A stretch of 64,000 nt of DNA, taken from positions 16,836 through 80,835 of the forward strand of contig NZ_SDDV01000009.1 in NCBI RefSeq assembly GCF_014773545.1, read 5' to 3'. The notes below the pieces were generated by a model that searched no databases, was not told the DNA's origin, and worked only from the letters and a program-made list of their open reading frames with translations. Origin of the DNA: Hydrogenophaga sp. (lineage in GTDB: Bacteria; Pseudomonadota; Gammaproteobacteria; Burkholderiales; Burkholderiaceae_C). Shown one piece after another: positions 19,374-32,200 of the stretch. The position numbers were made by a program, and so were the translations under genes. How positions within the stretch are numbered: the first letter of the stretch is position 1; each line of letters opens with the position of its first letter.

Positions 19374-19647
19374 TGCGGCTCTCCCGGCCCCAGGCGCGCA
19401 GGGCGAAGGCCAGACCGGCAATGGCGGCCAGCAAGGCCAGCAGCAGCGCCACGTCCAGCAGCGCCGCCCGCACCGCTGCGGCGCCGTCGGCGTGCGCCAG
19501 CAGCAGCAGCGCACCGACGCCGGTGCTGCCAAACAGCAAGGCGGCCAACATGCGGTCGGCGGCGGTGGGTCCGCGTGCCGCGCGCACCAGGGCCAGCAAC
19601 AGATTGCACAGCAAAAACAGCGCCAGCGCGCCTTCCAGGTGGTTCAT
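19360..19647 (-). CDS. mrpF: Monovalent cation/H+ antiporter subunit F
   Basis: MNHLEGALA...RAARGPTAADRMLAA...LLDVALLLALL; 95 aa. Confidence 0.88.
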   Translation of the reverse strand: MNHLEGALALFLLCNLLLALVRAARGPTAADRMLAALLFGSTGVGALLLLAHADGAAAVRAALLDVALLLALLAAIAGLAFALRAWGRESRNDRA

Positions 19648-20141
19648 GTCGATGATCTCCAAATGCGCGCGACCGCCGCCTCGGCGGCGCGCATCTCTTC
19701 GCGGACGGCCAGACGCCGATCGAGCGCGTGCAAGCGCAGCGTGTCGCCCAGGACGCGCACGCTCAGGGTGCCGGGCAGCAGGCTCAGGGTGCAAAGCAGC
19801 AGCACGCGCGCGGCGCCGGGCGCGAGCGTCAGGGGCAGATCGAGCAGGGCCGGCTCGATGTCCAGGCGCGGGCGCAGCGCCAGCGCAGCGACCTGCAGAC
19901 CGCCCTGGATCGAGTGGCGCAGAAAGAAGCCGGCAAAAGCCAGGCAACCGAGCAACGAGAGCGGCTTCGAAGCGGGCGGCAACAGGTGCAGACTGGCCAG
20001 CAGCGCCAAGGCCACGCTGGCCGCGCCCACGCCCCAGGCATAGGTGCGGCCATCGGTCAGGGTCCACCACAGGGCGGCCAACAGCAGGCCGCGCCCCAGC
20101 GTGGCGAGCAGCCAATCGGTTGCAGCGACGCGCCGTTTCAT
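19644..20141 (-). CDS. mrpE: Monovalent cation/H+ antiporter subunit E
   Basis: LRPRLDIEPALL...SLLPGTLSV...LHALD. Confidence 0.88.
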   Translation of the reverse strand: MKRRVAATDWLLATLGRGLLLAALWWTLTDGRTYAWGVGAASVALALLASLHLLPPASKPLSLLGCLAFAGFFLRHSIQGGLQVAALALRPRLDIEPALLDLPLTLAPGAARVLLLCTLSLLPGTLSVRVLGDTLRLHALDRRLAVREEMRAAEAAVARIWRSST

Positions 20142-20150
20142 GTGCTGGCC

Positions 20151-23030
20151 TCAACCGGTGTTGCGCAGACCAGCCGCGATGCCGTTGATCGAGAGATGGA
20201 TGCCGCGCTTGACCTTGTCGTCGCGGTCACTCGGGTGCAGACCGGCGCGAAAACGCCGCACCAGCTCGACTTGCAGGTGGTGCAGCGGATCGATGTAGGG
20301 GAAGCGGTGCTGCATCGAGCGTTGCAGCGCGGCGTTGTTGGCCAGCCGCTGCGCCTGGCCGGTGATCAGCGTGAGCGCGTCGGCGCTGCGCTGCCATTCG
20401 GCTTCGATGGCGCCAAACACGCGCTGGCGCAGCGCCAGGTCGGGCACCAGCTCGGCGTAGCGCGAGGCCAGCGCCAGGTCGCTCTTGGCCAGCACCATGT
20501 CGATGTTGGACAGCAGGGTGCTGAAAAACGGCCATTGCTGCAGCATCGCCTGCAACAGCGCGTGTTGCTGCGCTGCGCCGCCGGGGCCGTGCTGCTGCAC
20601 AAACGCCTGCACCGCAGAACCAAAGCCGTACCAGCCCGGCAACGTCAGGCGGCACTGGCCCCAACTGAAACCCCAGGGAATGGCGCGCAGGTCTTCGATT
20701 CTCTGCGTTGCCCTGCGCGAGGCCGGGCGCGAGCCGATGTTGAGCTCGGCGATCTCACGGATCGGCGTGGCGGCAAAAAAGTAGTCGGCAAAACCAGGTG
20801 TCTCGTACACCAGCGCGCGGTAGGCCGCCATGCTGCGGCGCGAGAGCTCGGCCGCCGCCGCCACGAACTCAGGCGGCGCACTGCGCGTGGTTTGCAGCAG
20901 CGTGGCCTCCAGCGTGGCGGCGACCAGGGTTTCCAGGTTGCGCTGCCCGATCTCGGGGTTGGCGTATTTGGAGCCGATCACCTCGCCCTGCTCGGTCAGG
21001 CGAATCTGGCCGCGCACCGTGCCCGGCGGCTGGGCCAGAATCGCCTGGTAGCTCGGCCCGCCGCCGCGCCCGACGGTGCCGCCGCGGCCGTGGAACAGCC
21101 GCAGTTGAATCGGTCTGGCCTGGGCTTGGTTGATTTCGTCAAACACCGCCACCAGCGCGATTTCAGCCTGATACAAGGCCCAGTTGCTGGTAAAAATGCC
21201 GCCGTCCTTGTTGCTGTCGGAGTAGCCGAGCATGATTTCTTGCTCACCGTAGCCGTCGGCGGCGCCGCGCTGCACCAGCTCGCGCACGCCGGGCAGGGCA
21301 AAATAATCGCGCATGATGGTGGCCGACTGCGCCAGGTCTTCGATGGTCTCGAACAAGGGCACCACGATCAGCTCGCAGACGGCGTTGGGCGGGCCGGCAC
21401 TCAGCAGGCCGCGCAGCAGACCGGTTTCTTTTTGCAGCAACAGCACTTCGAGCAAATCGCTGACCGCTTCGGTATGGCTGATGATGGCGTGGCGAATCGC
21501 CGCTGCGCCCAGGCGCTCGCGCCCCTGGCGTGCCGCCTCGAAGATCGCCAACTCGCTGTGCGTGTGGGCCGAATAGGCCGCGCCCGGCACGCGCAGCGGC
21601 CGCACGTCGTTCAACTGGCGCAGCAGCACGGCGCGCTTGCCGGCCTCGCCCTGCGCGCTGTAAGCGGGCTCGACGCGCGCCGCAGCCAGCAATTCGGCCA
21701 CCACTGCCTCGTGCTGCTCGGAACTCTGGCGCAGGTCCAGCGTGGCCAGATGAAAGCCAAACACATCGACCGACCGCAGCAGCGCTTGCAGCCGCACGCG
21801 CACCAGCGCCGCGCCGTGGTGGGCCAGCAAAGAGTCTTCTATGGTGCGCAAATCGGCCAAAAATTCGCTTGCGCTGGCGTAGGGGTCTTGCGGCGCCAGC
21901 GCGTGGCGCATCGCATCGGTGCCGCTGAGCTTTTTCAGCGTGGCGGCCAGGCGCGCATAAATGCCGGTCAGCGCACGCCGGTACGGCTCGTCCTGACGGT
22001 GCGCGTTGCGGTCGGGCGAGCGCTCGGCCAGCGCTTGCATGGCCGCACTGACCGGAACCAGCACGGCCGACATCGATAGCTCGCCACCCAGCAGATGCAC
22101 CTGCGTCAGGTGCTGGCGCAACACCAGCTCGGCCTGGCGTTGCAGCGCCAGCTCCAGCGTCTGCGCCGTCACGTTCGGGTTGCCGTCGCGGTCGCCGCCA
22201 ATCCACTGGCCCATGCGCAAAAAACTGGCAACCGGCGCCGGCGGCGCGCCCGGCGCCGACAGCCCTTGCTCCAACTCGCGATAAAGCTGCGGCAGTTGCG
22301 GCAGGAAGGTGCTTTCGTAATAGCCCAGCGCGTTTTCAATTTCGTCGGACACACTCAGCTTGGTAAAGCGCAGCAGCCGGGTCTGCCACAACTGCGTCAC
22401 GCGCGCGCGCATCTGCGCCTCGATGTCGGCCTGCTCGCGCGGGGGCAACTGGTCGCGGTGCTCGCGCTGGCTCAGCAAGCGCGCCAGCGCGCGTTCGGCG
22501 TCCAGAATGCTTTTGCGCTGCACTTCGGTCGGATGCGCAGTCAGCACCGGCGAAATGTGGCACTTCGCCAGCGCGCGCCGCACCTGGTCGGACGTGATAC
22601 CGGCGTCTTGCAGGCGTTGCAGCGTCAGCGCCAGACTGCCTTGCTGCAACTTGCCGGCGCGCTCGTGCACCGCGCGGCGGCGCACGTGGTGGCGGTCTTC
22701 GGCCAGATTGGCCAGGTGGCTAAAGAAAGTGAAGGCGCGGATTACGCTCACCGCCTGCTCGCTGGGCAAGCCTTCGAGCAGGCTTTTCAGCGCCAGATCG
22801 GCCGCCGGGTCGGCGTGGCGACGAAACGAGACCGAGAGCTGGCGGATTTGCTCGATCAGATCGAACACCGCCTGCCCTTCTTGCTCGCGAATCACGTCAC
22901 CCAGCAAACGCCCGAGCAGACGGATGTCGTCGATCAAGGGTTGATCCTTGCCGTTGCGGGCCTGGGGCCTGGCCACAGGCTCGATCCAGTCGGCGAGGGC
23001 GGCAGCGGGCTGGGCGGTGCTCAGACTCAT
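20151..23030 (-). CDS. ppc: Phosphoenolpyruvate carboxylase
   Basis: [50 protein letters not shown]-terminal LRNTG. Confidence 0.97.
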   Translation of the reverse strand: MSLSTAQPAAALADWIEPVARPQARNGKDQPLIDDIRLLGRLLGDVIREQEGQAVFDLIEQIRQLSVSFRRHADPAADLALKSLLEGLPSEQAVSVIRAFTFFSHLANLAEDRHHVRRRAVHERAGKLQQGSLALTLQRLQDAGITSDQVRRALAKCHISPVLTAHPTEVQRKSILDAERALARLLSQREHRDQLPPREQADIEAQMRARVTQLWQTRLLRFTKLSVSDEIENALGYYESTFLPQLPQLYRELEQGLSAPGAPPAPVASFLRMGQWIGGDRDGNPNVTAQTLELALQRQAELVLRQHLTQVHLLGGELSMSAVLVPVSAAMQALAERSPDRNAHRQDEPYRRALTGIYARLAATLKKLSGTDAMRHALAPQDPYASASEFLADLRTIEDSLLAHHGAALVRVRLQALLRSVDVFGFHLATLDLRQSSEQHEAVVAELLAAARVEPAYSAQGEAGKRAVLLRQLNDVRPLRVPGAAYSAHTHSELAIFEAARQGRERLGAAAIRHAIISHTEAVSDLLEVLLLQKETGLLRGLLSAGPPNAVCELIVVPLFETIEDLAQSATIMRDYFALPGVRELVQRGAADGYGEQEIMLGYSDSNKDGGIFTSNWALYQAEIALVAVFDEINQAQARPIQLRLFHGRGGTVGRGGGPSYQAILAQPPGTVRGQIRLTEQGEVIGSKYANPEIGQRNLETLVAATLEATLLQTTRSAPPEFVAAAAELSRRSMAAYRALVYETPGFADYFFAATPIREIAELNIGSRPASRRATQRIEDLRAIPWGFSWGQCRLTLPGWYGFGSAVQAFVQQHGPGGAAQQHALLQAMLQQWPFFSTLLSNIDMVLAKSDLALASRYAELVPDLALRQRVFGAIEAEWQRSADALTLITGQAQRLANNAALQRSMQHRFPYIDPLHHLQVELVRRFRAGLHPSDRDDKVKRGIHLSINGIAAGLRNTG

Positions 23031-23159
23031 GCGGGACTTGCGCAGCGGGAGCGCGAAAATGTTTTGACAGGGCCCATGCTAGCATCCAAAGCCGCCTCAA
23101 CGGCAAGCTGCGGCGTAACCACACCGCCTTGGCCGTGAACATTTTTTTTTCGACCCACC

Positions 23160-24122
23160 GTGCCCGATTCAAACGCCTGCCCCGCCTTGTCCATCACCAT
23201 TGCCACCCGCGAGAGCCGCCTGGCGCTGTGGCAGGCTGAACACGTCAAAGCCCGGCTCGAGCAGGGCGGCCATCGCGTCAACCTGCTCGGCATGACCACC
23301 TTGGGCGATCAGATTCTGGATCGCAGCCTGTCCCAAGTGGGCGGCAAGGGCTTGTTCGTCAAGGAGTTGGAACTGGCGCTGCAAGAAGGCCGGGCCGACA
23401 TCGCGGTGCATTCCCTCAAAGACGTACCGATGACGCTGCCTGATGGCCTGCTGCTGGGCTGCGTGCTGGAGCGCGAAGACCCACGCGACGCATGGGTCTC
23501 GCCGACTTGCGCCGGTCTGGCCGATTTGCCTGCGCAGGCCGTGGTCGGCACCTCCAGCCTGCGCCGCCTGGTGCTGTTGCGTGCCGCGCTGCACGCGCTC
23601 GGGCGCGACGACGTGCGCATCGAGCCGCTGCGCGGCAACCTGGACACTCGCCTGCGCAAGTTGGACCAAGGTCAGTACCACGCCATCGTGCTGGCGGCGG
23701 CCGGCCTCAAACGGCTGGGCTTGGCGTCGCGCATCCGCCACATTTTCGAGCCTAGCGACGCGCTGCCCGCCGCTGGGCAGGGTGCGCTGGGCATAGAACT
23801 GTGCGCCGGGCGCAGCGACCTGATCGAAGCGCTGGCCCCGCTGGTGCACCAGCCGACCTGGCTGTGCGTGGCGGCCGAGCGCACGGTGTCGCGCGAACTG
23901 GGCGGCAGTTGCTCGGTGCCGCTGGCCGCTTATGCCCACTGGACGGCGCCAGACTGCTTGCAGCTCGATGCCGCCTGGGGCGACCCGGACGGCCGCGGGC
24001 CACTGCTGCGCGTCGTTGAGCACGCGCAGGTGAGCACGCTGGCGCAGGCTGAGTTGCTGGGCCAGCGCGCCGCTGCTGCGCTGCGCGCCGCTGGCGCCCA
24101 GCCGGCCGCTGTTACCGGCTGA
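23160..24122 (+). CDS. hemC: Hydroxymethylbilane synthase
   Basis: [49 protein letters not shown]; GTG start. Confidence 0.96.
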   Translation: MPDSNACPALSITIATRESRLALWQAEHVKARLEQGGHRVNLLGMTTLGDQILDRSLSQVGGKGLFVKELELALQEGRADIAVHSLKDVPMTLPDGLLLGCVLEREDPRDAWVSPTCAGLADLPAQAVVGTSSLRRLVLLRAALHALGRDDVRIEPLRGNLDTRLRKLDQGQYHAIVLAAAGLKRLGLASRIRHIFEPSDALPAAGQGALGIELCAGRSDLIEALAPLVHQPTWLCVAAERTVSRELGGSCSVPLAAYAHWTAPDCLQLDAAWGDPDGRGPLLRVVEHAQVSTLAQAELLGQRAAAALRAAGAQPAAVTG

Positions 24123-24129
24123 TACGGTC

Positions 24130-25005
24130 ATGCCCGCGTTGGCCTTTGCGCCCGAACGCAGCCGCTTGCAGCGCCTGCTCGTCACCCGGCCCGAACCCGA
24201 GGCCAGCGCCTGGGCGCACGACTTGCGTGCCCACGGCTGGCCGGCCCAGGCCTTGCCGCTGCTCGAGATCGCCGCAGCGCAAGACCCGCTGGCACACCAA
24301 GCGCTGCAGCGGTGGCGTTCGCACTGGCTTGCCACCGATGCCATCATGTTCGTCAGCACGGCGGCGGTGCGGTATTTTTTTTCCGACCCGGCGGCGTTTG
24401 CGCCGCCACCTCCTGGCAGTCTGGTTCGCACCCGTTTCTGGGCACCCGGCCCCGGCACTGCCCGCGCCCTTGGCCTGGCGCTGGCGCACTTTGGCATCAG
24501 CGCCGATCGCATTGATGCGCCGCCCGCCAGCGCCGCCCAGTTCGACTCGCAAGCCCTGTGGCCGCTGGTGGCAGCCAGACTGCGCAGCGGCGACCGCATT
24601 TTGATCGTGCGCGGCCATACCTGCGCCGACACCAGCGAGCCCAGCGACGCAGCACTGGCCGACAGCGGGCGCGACTGGCTGATCCGACAATGCCAGGCTG
24701 TCGGCGCCCGGGTTGAAAGCTGCGTCGCCTACGAGCGCCGCGCACCGATCTGGAGCCCAACGCAGCGCGCCCTGGCTGCTGGCGCGCTTGAAGCAGGCAG
24801 CGCCTGGTTGTTCAGCAGCTCCGAAGCGGTGGCGTCCCTGGCGGACCGGGCGGTGCCGTCGGCCGAGATACGGGCCGGCGCGCTGTGCACGCATCCACGC
24901 ATCGCCGCTGCCGCCCGCGCCGCCGGTTTCGGCCAGACATGGGAAATCAGACCGACGCTGCCCGATCTGTTGCGCGCTCTAGAATCAGACTGGAGCCGCC
25001 CATGA
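24130..25005 (+). CDS. hemD: Uroporphyrinogen-III synthase
   Basis: LLVTRPEPEA, WLFSSSEAV, THPRIAAAA; follows hemC. Confidence 0.88.
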   Translation: MPALAFAPERSRLQRLLVTRPEPEASAWAHDLRAHGWPAQALPLLEIAAAQDPLAHQALQRWRSHWLATDAIMFVSTAAVRYFFSDPAAFAPPPPGSLVRTRFWAPGPGTARALGLALAHFGISADRIDAPPASAAQFDSQALWPLVAARLRSGDRILIVRGHTCADTSEPSDAALADSGRDWLIRQCQAVGARVESCVAYERRAPIWSPTQRALAAGALEAGSAWLFSSSEAVASLADRAVPSAEIRAGALCTHPRIAAAARAAGFGQTWEIRPTLPDLLRALESDWSRP

Positions 25006-26177
25006 ACACACCCGATTCACCGCCCCCCGGCACCGCCGCGCCGCCGCTCGCTTGGCCTGTGGCCGACGCCGCAACGGCAGCGCCCGCTGCGCCGGTGCCG
25101 GGGGGCGGCCGCTGGCCGCTGCGGCTGGCGCTGCTGCTGGCCGCGCTGGCACTGCTGCTCAGCGGACTGACCTGGCAGCGACTGGCTTTCACGCAGCAGG
25201 AATTGGCGCGGCGCAGTCAGGACAGTGCGGCGCTGGCGGCGCAAGCCAGCACCCTGGCGGCCCAGACGCAGGCACAGACCCAAGCGCTGGCGACCCAGCT
25301 GGCGGCAGCGGAGCTGCGCCTGTCTGAAGTCAGTCTGCAGCGCACCCAGCTCGAAGAGCTGGTGCTGACGCTGTCGCGCTCGCGCGATGACGCCCTGGTG
25401 CAAGAACTCGAATCCAGCCTGCGGCTGGCGCAGCAACAAACCGAACTCACCGGCAGCGCCAGACCCCTGATTGCCGCCCTGCAAGCGGCCGACCAGCGCA
25501 TCGCGCGCGCTGCGCAGCCGCGCCTGAATCCGGTGCAGCGCGCCATCGCGCGCGACATCGAGATCATTCACTCAGCCACGCTGGCCGATATTGCAACGCT
25601 GGTGCTGCGGCTGGACCAGCTCGGCCGTCAAGTCGATCACTGGCCACTGCTGAACGCGGTCGGGCCCCAGCGTGCGGCGCCCGCGCCGACCCCGCCCGCA
25701 CCGGCTGCTGTGGCAGCCGATGCGGTGGCAGCCGATGCGGTGGCGGTCGAAGCTGCGCCAGCCGCACCGGGTGTGCTGGCGCAGACCTTGGACCGCCTGG
25801 CGCCGGCTTGGCGCAGCACATGGGAGCGCGTCTGGGCCGACTTCACGCTCGCGGCGCGCGATCTGGTGCGCGTGCGCCGCATCGAGCAGCCCGAGGCCCT
25901 TTTGCTGGCGCCCGAACAAGCGGTTTTCCTGCGCGAAAATCTGCGCTTCACCTTGCTCAACGCCCGGCTTGGCTTGCTGGGGCGCCACCTGCTTAGCAGC
26001 CAGTCCGACGTGCTGACGGTGCACGCTGCCTTGACGCGCTACTTCGACCCGCTGTCGCCGCAGGTGCAAGAAGCAAAAAGCATTTTGAGCGCAGTACACA
26101 AAGACCTGCTGGCGCATCAGGTGCCGCGCCCTGATGCCACCCTGGCTGCATTGGCTGCGGCCGCAGGAGGACGCTGA
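25002..26177 (+). CDS. hemX: HemX family membrane protein
   Basis: N-terminal TM plus coiled coil, LLAPEQAVFLRENL; hemCDXY order. Confidence 0.85.
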   Translation: MNTPDSPPPGTAAPPLAWPVADAATAAPAAPVPGGGRWPLRLALLLAALALLLSGLTWQRLAFTQQELARRSQDSAALAAQASTLAAQTQAQTQALATQLAAAELRLSEVSLQRTQLEELVLTLSRSRDDALVQELESSLRLAQQQTELTGSARPLIAALQAADQRIARAAQPRLNPVQRAIARDIEIIHSATLADIATLVLRLDQLGRQVDHWPLLNAVGPQRAAPAPTPPAPAAVAADAVAADAVAVEAAPAAPGVLAQTLDRLAPAWRSTWERVWADFTLAARDLVRVRRIEQPEALLLAPEQAVFLRENLRFTLLNARLGLLGRHLLSSQSDVLTVHAALTRYFDPLSPQVQEAKSILSAVHKDLLAHQVPRPDATLAALAAAAGGR

Positions 26178-27481
26178 TGGCGGTCAAAGCAGATGGGGTT
26201 TTGCGCAAGCTGTTCTGGTGGCTCGGACTGGCGGCGCTGGCGGTGGCACTGGCCTTGCTGGTGGGGCGCAACGCGGCCGTGCTGACGCTGTTTTGGCCGC
26301 CGTACCGCTTTGACATCTCCTTTAATCTCGCGCTGTTTGCGCTGGTCTGCACTTTTGTGTTACTGCATCTGGCGCTGCGCGCTTTTTCAGCGCTGCGCGC
26401 CTTGCCCGCCCAGGCCCGGCGCTGGCGCAACCAGCAGGCCGAGCGCGCCGCCGTGGGCGCGCTGCTGGACGCGCTGTCCAACCAGTTGGCTGGCCGTTTC
26501 GTGCGTTCCCAGGCCGCCGCGCAACAGGCGCTGGCGCAGTTGAAATCGCTCACGCCTGATCTGTTGCCGCGCCGCGAGCAGATCGAACTGCTGGCCCATT
26601 TGCTGTTTGCCGAGAGCGCGCACGCGCTGCAAGACCGGCTGCGGCGCGATCAGCACCTGCAAGCGGCACTGGCGCCGGCGCTGGCGCGCCACGCCGCACA
26701 GGCGCACGAAGGCGCACAGTTGCGCGCGCTGCGCTGGGCGCTGCAAGACCGGGACGCCGAGACAGCGCGCATCCGCTTGGCAGAACTGCCGCCTGGCCTG
26801 GCGCGCCGCACACAGGCGCTGCGCCTGCGCCTGCGCCTGGCGCAACTCATGGGCCAGAGCACAGAGGCGCTGGAAACCGCCCGTCTGCTGGCCAAGCACC
26901 GGGCGTTTACGCCCAGCGCGGCACGCAGCATGGTGCGTGGTCTGGCGCTCGAAGCGCTGCGCCAGACGCACGATCTGGATCAACTCGAACAGCTCTGGAG
27001 CAGCCTGGACATCAGCGAACGCCAGTGGCCCGATCTGGCTCTGGCGGCAGCACAGCGCGCCAACCAGTTGTGCGCCGGCTCGGCCACAGCGGCCGAGCGT
27101 GCCAGAGCCGCAACCCTGGTGCGCGACTGGCTCGATTCACTCTGGAGCGACTTCGATGCGCTAGACGCAGCGCAGCAACGGCTGCTGGTGCTGGCCTTCG
27201 AGCCTGGCCTGGGCGACCTGGACGCCACCTGGCTGGAACGGCTGGAACAGGCGCAGCGCCAGCGGCCCAGCAACCCGTTTTTGCACTATCTGGCCGGTCA
27301 GGCTTTTTTGCAGCGTCAGCTCTGGGGCAAGGCGGCGCAACTGCTCGGGCTGGCCAGCCAGAGCCTGCGCGAACCCGATTTGCTGCGCCGCACCTGGTGC
27401 GCGCTTGCGCTGCTGGCCGAAGAACGCGCTGACCAGCCGGCGGCGCAGGCGGCCTGGAAAAAAGCCGCCCTGCTGCCCTGA
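26177..27481 (+). CDS. hemY: HemY family TPR-like membrane protein
   Basis: Two N-terminal TMs, LFWPPYRFDISFN, QLWGKA; follows hemX. Confidence 0.85.
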   Translation: MAVKADGVLRKLFWWLGLAALAVALALLVGRNAAVLTLFWPPYRFDISFNLALFALVCTFVLLHLALRAFSALRALPAQARRWRNQQAERAAVGALLDALSNQLAGRFVRSQAAAQQALAQLKSLTPDLLPRREQIELLAHLLFAESAHALQDRLRRDQHLQAALAPALARHAAQAHEGAQLRALRWALQDRDAETARIRLAELPPGLARRTQALRLRLRLAQLMGQSTEALETARLLAKHRAFTPSAARSMVRGLALEALRQTHDLDQLEQLWSSLDISERQWPDLALAAAQRANQLCAGSATAAERARAATLVRDWLDSLWSDFDALDAAQQRLLVLAFEPGLGDLDATWLERLEQAQRQRPSNPFLHYLAGQAFLQRQLWGKAAQLLGLASQSLREPDLLRRTWCALALLAEERADQPAAQAAWKKAALLP

Positions 27482-27510
27482 GAGCGAAGAGGCTCAGCGG
27501 CTCCCCGGGC

Positions 27511-29199
<1,689 letters not shown>

Positions 29200-29216
29200 A
29201 GTAACTCTCCTGGGGG

Positions 29217-32200
29217 TTAGTGCATGGCGGCGATCGGAATCACCCGCCGCGCCGACGTGGCGCTGGGCTGCGGGCTTGGCGGTGACTGGTAGTGGCGCAC
29301 GCGTTCGCGCAGGGTGGCGATTTCCTGCACCAGACCCAAGTCGGCCTGATGGCGCGCGGCCAACTGCGCGCTCTTGAGTTGCAGCAGCTCGAGCCGCTTC
29401 TCATCGATGCGCTGCACCAGCTCCTGCTTCTTGCGTGCCACGTCCTGCAAGCGCTCCTGGTGCAGCTTGAGCGCGTGCTCGTAGGTCTTGACGCGAATCT
29501 TGATCGAGCCACCGGGCTTGTTGGCGTCGATGTCGTGCAAGGCCGAATAAGGCGTGGCGGAGGCGCCGATCACGCTGTCGATCAGGCCGTAGGTGGGCGC
29601 GTCGTGACCGCACTTGAACGACGACAGATCGAGCACCACCACGTTCGGGTGGCGCGCGGCAAATTTGGCGGCCCACACCTTGAGCGCCGAGTTGGCCGAG
29701 TAGTTCTCTGGCCAGACGTCGCGAATGTCCAGCGGCGAAGCGATGCTCCCCTTGCTCAGGTCGGCTTCAAAGAAACGCGCCAGCCAGGCTTCGTCCTTGG
29801 GGATAGAGCGGATCGACAAAATCGGGTAGCCCAGCGCCTGGAACTCTTCCAGTACGCCGTGATTGAGCCCGGGGTCGGTGTGGTAGGGGCGCGCCAGCAG
29901 CAACAATGCGATGCTGTTCTTGGCTTCGACCTCCTCCAGAATGGCGCGTCCGCGCTGTTCGAGATCGGCGTCGAATTGCTCCAGCGCCAGCGCGCCTTGC
30001 TCGCAGGCGAAGTCGGACTCGTCCTCGGTCACGCCCAGCAGCTCGGCAAAGCACTCGAACAGGCGTTTTTTCAGCAGCGCTGGCTCGGTAAAGGGCAGCG
30101 ACGGCGCCAGGTAGCTGATACCGCGGCTGGCGAAAAAGTCAGATTCCTTGGTAAAGGCAGCCCGGATCACCAGCGGCGCACCGGCGATGATGGGGCACGA
30201 GGTGTTTCCCATCACGTGCTTGAGCGGCGAGCCGATGCTGGTGATGCAGGGGAAGAACACGTAATCGAGCGGTTTTTTCTCGCTGTGGTGGTGAAACAGC
30301 AAGTTGTGCACGTGCGCTTGCACCACTTTGGCCGGAAAGCAGGGATCGACCGAGCCGTATTTCCCGCCCTCGACCCACATGGGCTCGGTGGTTTCATCGG
30401 AAAACACCACGTTTTGCCGCAGCAGGCCCAGGGTCTCGAAATAAGTTCGAACGAACGGCGCCACCGTCCACAGGCTGAGCACGCGCGGAATGCCGATGCG
30501 CAGCTTTTCACGCCGCTGGGCCGCCGCCTCGGGCGAGCGCCGAAACGGCCGCAGCACCGGCTTGCGCTCGATCTTGCCGCTCCAGGTTTTCCTCACCGCG
30601 ATGTCCTGCACCGGGCTGTCGGCGCCCGGCAGCGGCGCTTCGTCGTAGCCGTGGCGAAACACGTGTTCGGCCTCGTAGTGCACCAGGTTCGGGTACTGCT
30701 TCATCAGCTCCTTGCGCCGGCGCGTCAACTGCTTCAAAGCCTCCTTCGATTCGACCGTTCCCTGCTCGCAGGAAAAACCCGCGATGTAGCGCGCGGTGAA
30801 ACCGTCCGGCGTGCTCGCGTCGATGAAGGTGCGCGAGCACTCGTTGGCGCACGAGCGGCAGACCGTGCTGTCGTCGTTGCGCGTCGTGTATTGCAGGTTG
30901 ATCGCCGCGTCCAGCCCGATGAACCGGGAGCCGTTGCGCTTGACCACGCGCAGCGTCTCCATGGCCGCGCCAATGGCGCCGGCTTCGCCCGCATGGGGAT
31001 GCACGTAGACCTCGGCGTCGGGCACGCGCTCTTTGATGTAGTCCACCTGCGCCTTGACCGCCGCCAGGTTGTACTGGGTGCCGCCTTGCAGCACGAACTT
31101 GCGCCCGAGCGCCGCCATGCGCGGAATTTGCACCACGTACTGCCAGACGTTTTTCGGCAGCACCTGCGCCAGACCGGCCAGCATCTCGTCCTTGGAGTAG
31201 CCCTCTTTTTGGAAGTTGACGCGGTCAGAGTCGAGGAACACCGCGCAGCCGTAGCTGAACTTGGGTGCCAGCGCGGCCTGGAAGGCGCTGTCGGCGTATT
31301 CGGTGACTTTCAGGCCGAACTGAGCGGCCATGGCCTGCAACAGCATGCCGTTGCCGGCCGAGCACTGATTGGAGAGGCGAAAGTTGTTGATGTCGCCGTT
31401 TTTGATGAACAAGACCTTGATGTCTTGGCCGCCGATGTCGCAGATGACGTCGATGTCGCCGAAGAAATGCACCGCCGAGAGCATGTGCGCCACCGTCTCG
31501 ACCACGTTGACGTCGGCGCGCACGCACTGCTCGAGCACGTCGGCGGCATAACCGGTGGCGCCAAAACCGCGCACCGACAGCGTGGCGCCGCAGTCTTCAT
31601 GCACGTAGCGCTTGAGCTTGGCCAGCAGCTCCTTGGTGTCCTGGATCGGGTTGCCGCCGGAGAGCTGGTATTCCTTGCGCAGCAGCCGCCCCTGCATGTC
31701 CACCAGCACCGCTTTCGACGAGGTCGAACCGCCATCGACGCCAATCACGGCCTCTACCACCGAGCCGCAAGCGATCAGCGGCGGTTTCCAGGGCGCAATG
31801 GCGTAACGTTCGCGGAAAATATCGAGTTCGGTCGTCGAAGCCACCAGCGGCGGACCGGCCTGCGCACCCAGCCGCGCCTTGCGGCCGTGGGTGATGTACT
31901 CCAGCAGTGCGGACGTGCCCAGGTAGCGCCCGACTTCGGCCGCCTCATGCGCCGCGTACAGCGCCGCGCCAAAGGCGGCGTAATACTGGGCGTTGTCGGG
32001 GGTGATGATCAGCTCTTCGACCGGCAGCTCGCGCGCGTAGTCGTAACCGCGCTCTTGCCAGGTGGCGACGATGCGCTGGCGCCAGCAGGCTTTGAGAAAC
32101 GGCAGGTAGGTGTTGGGGCCGCCGAGCAACAGCACCTTGGCGCGCAGCGTGTTGCCGCGCGTGAGAACCGAGAGGTTTTGCAGCACGATGGCGTCGGCCA

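Noticed and set aside
9407-20141. Group 4 hydrogenase, formate hydrogenlyase or DabAB inorganic-carbon pump
   Set aside because: No NiFe, ferredoxin or DabA-like subunit is present, while clear MrpB, C, E, F and G are
25710-25739. 15-nt tandem duplication in hemX (VAADA x2)
   Set aside because: In-frame change in a low-complexity linker; no functional signal
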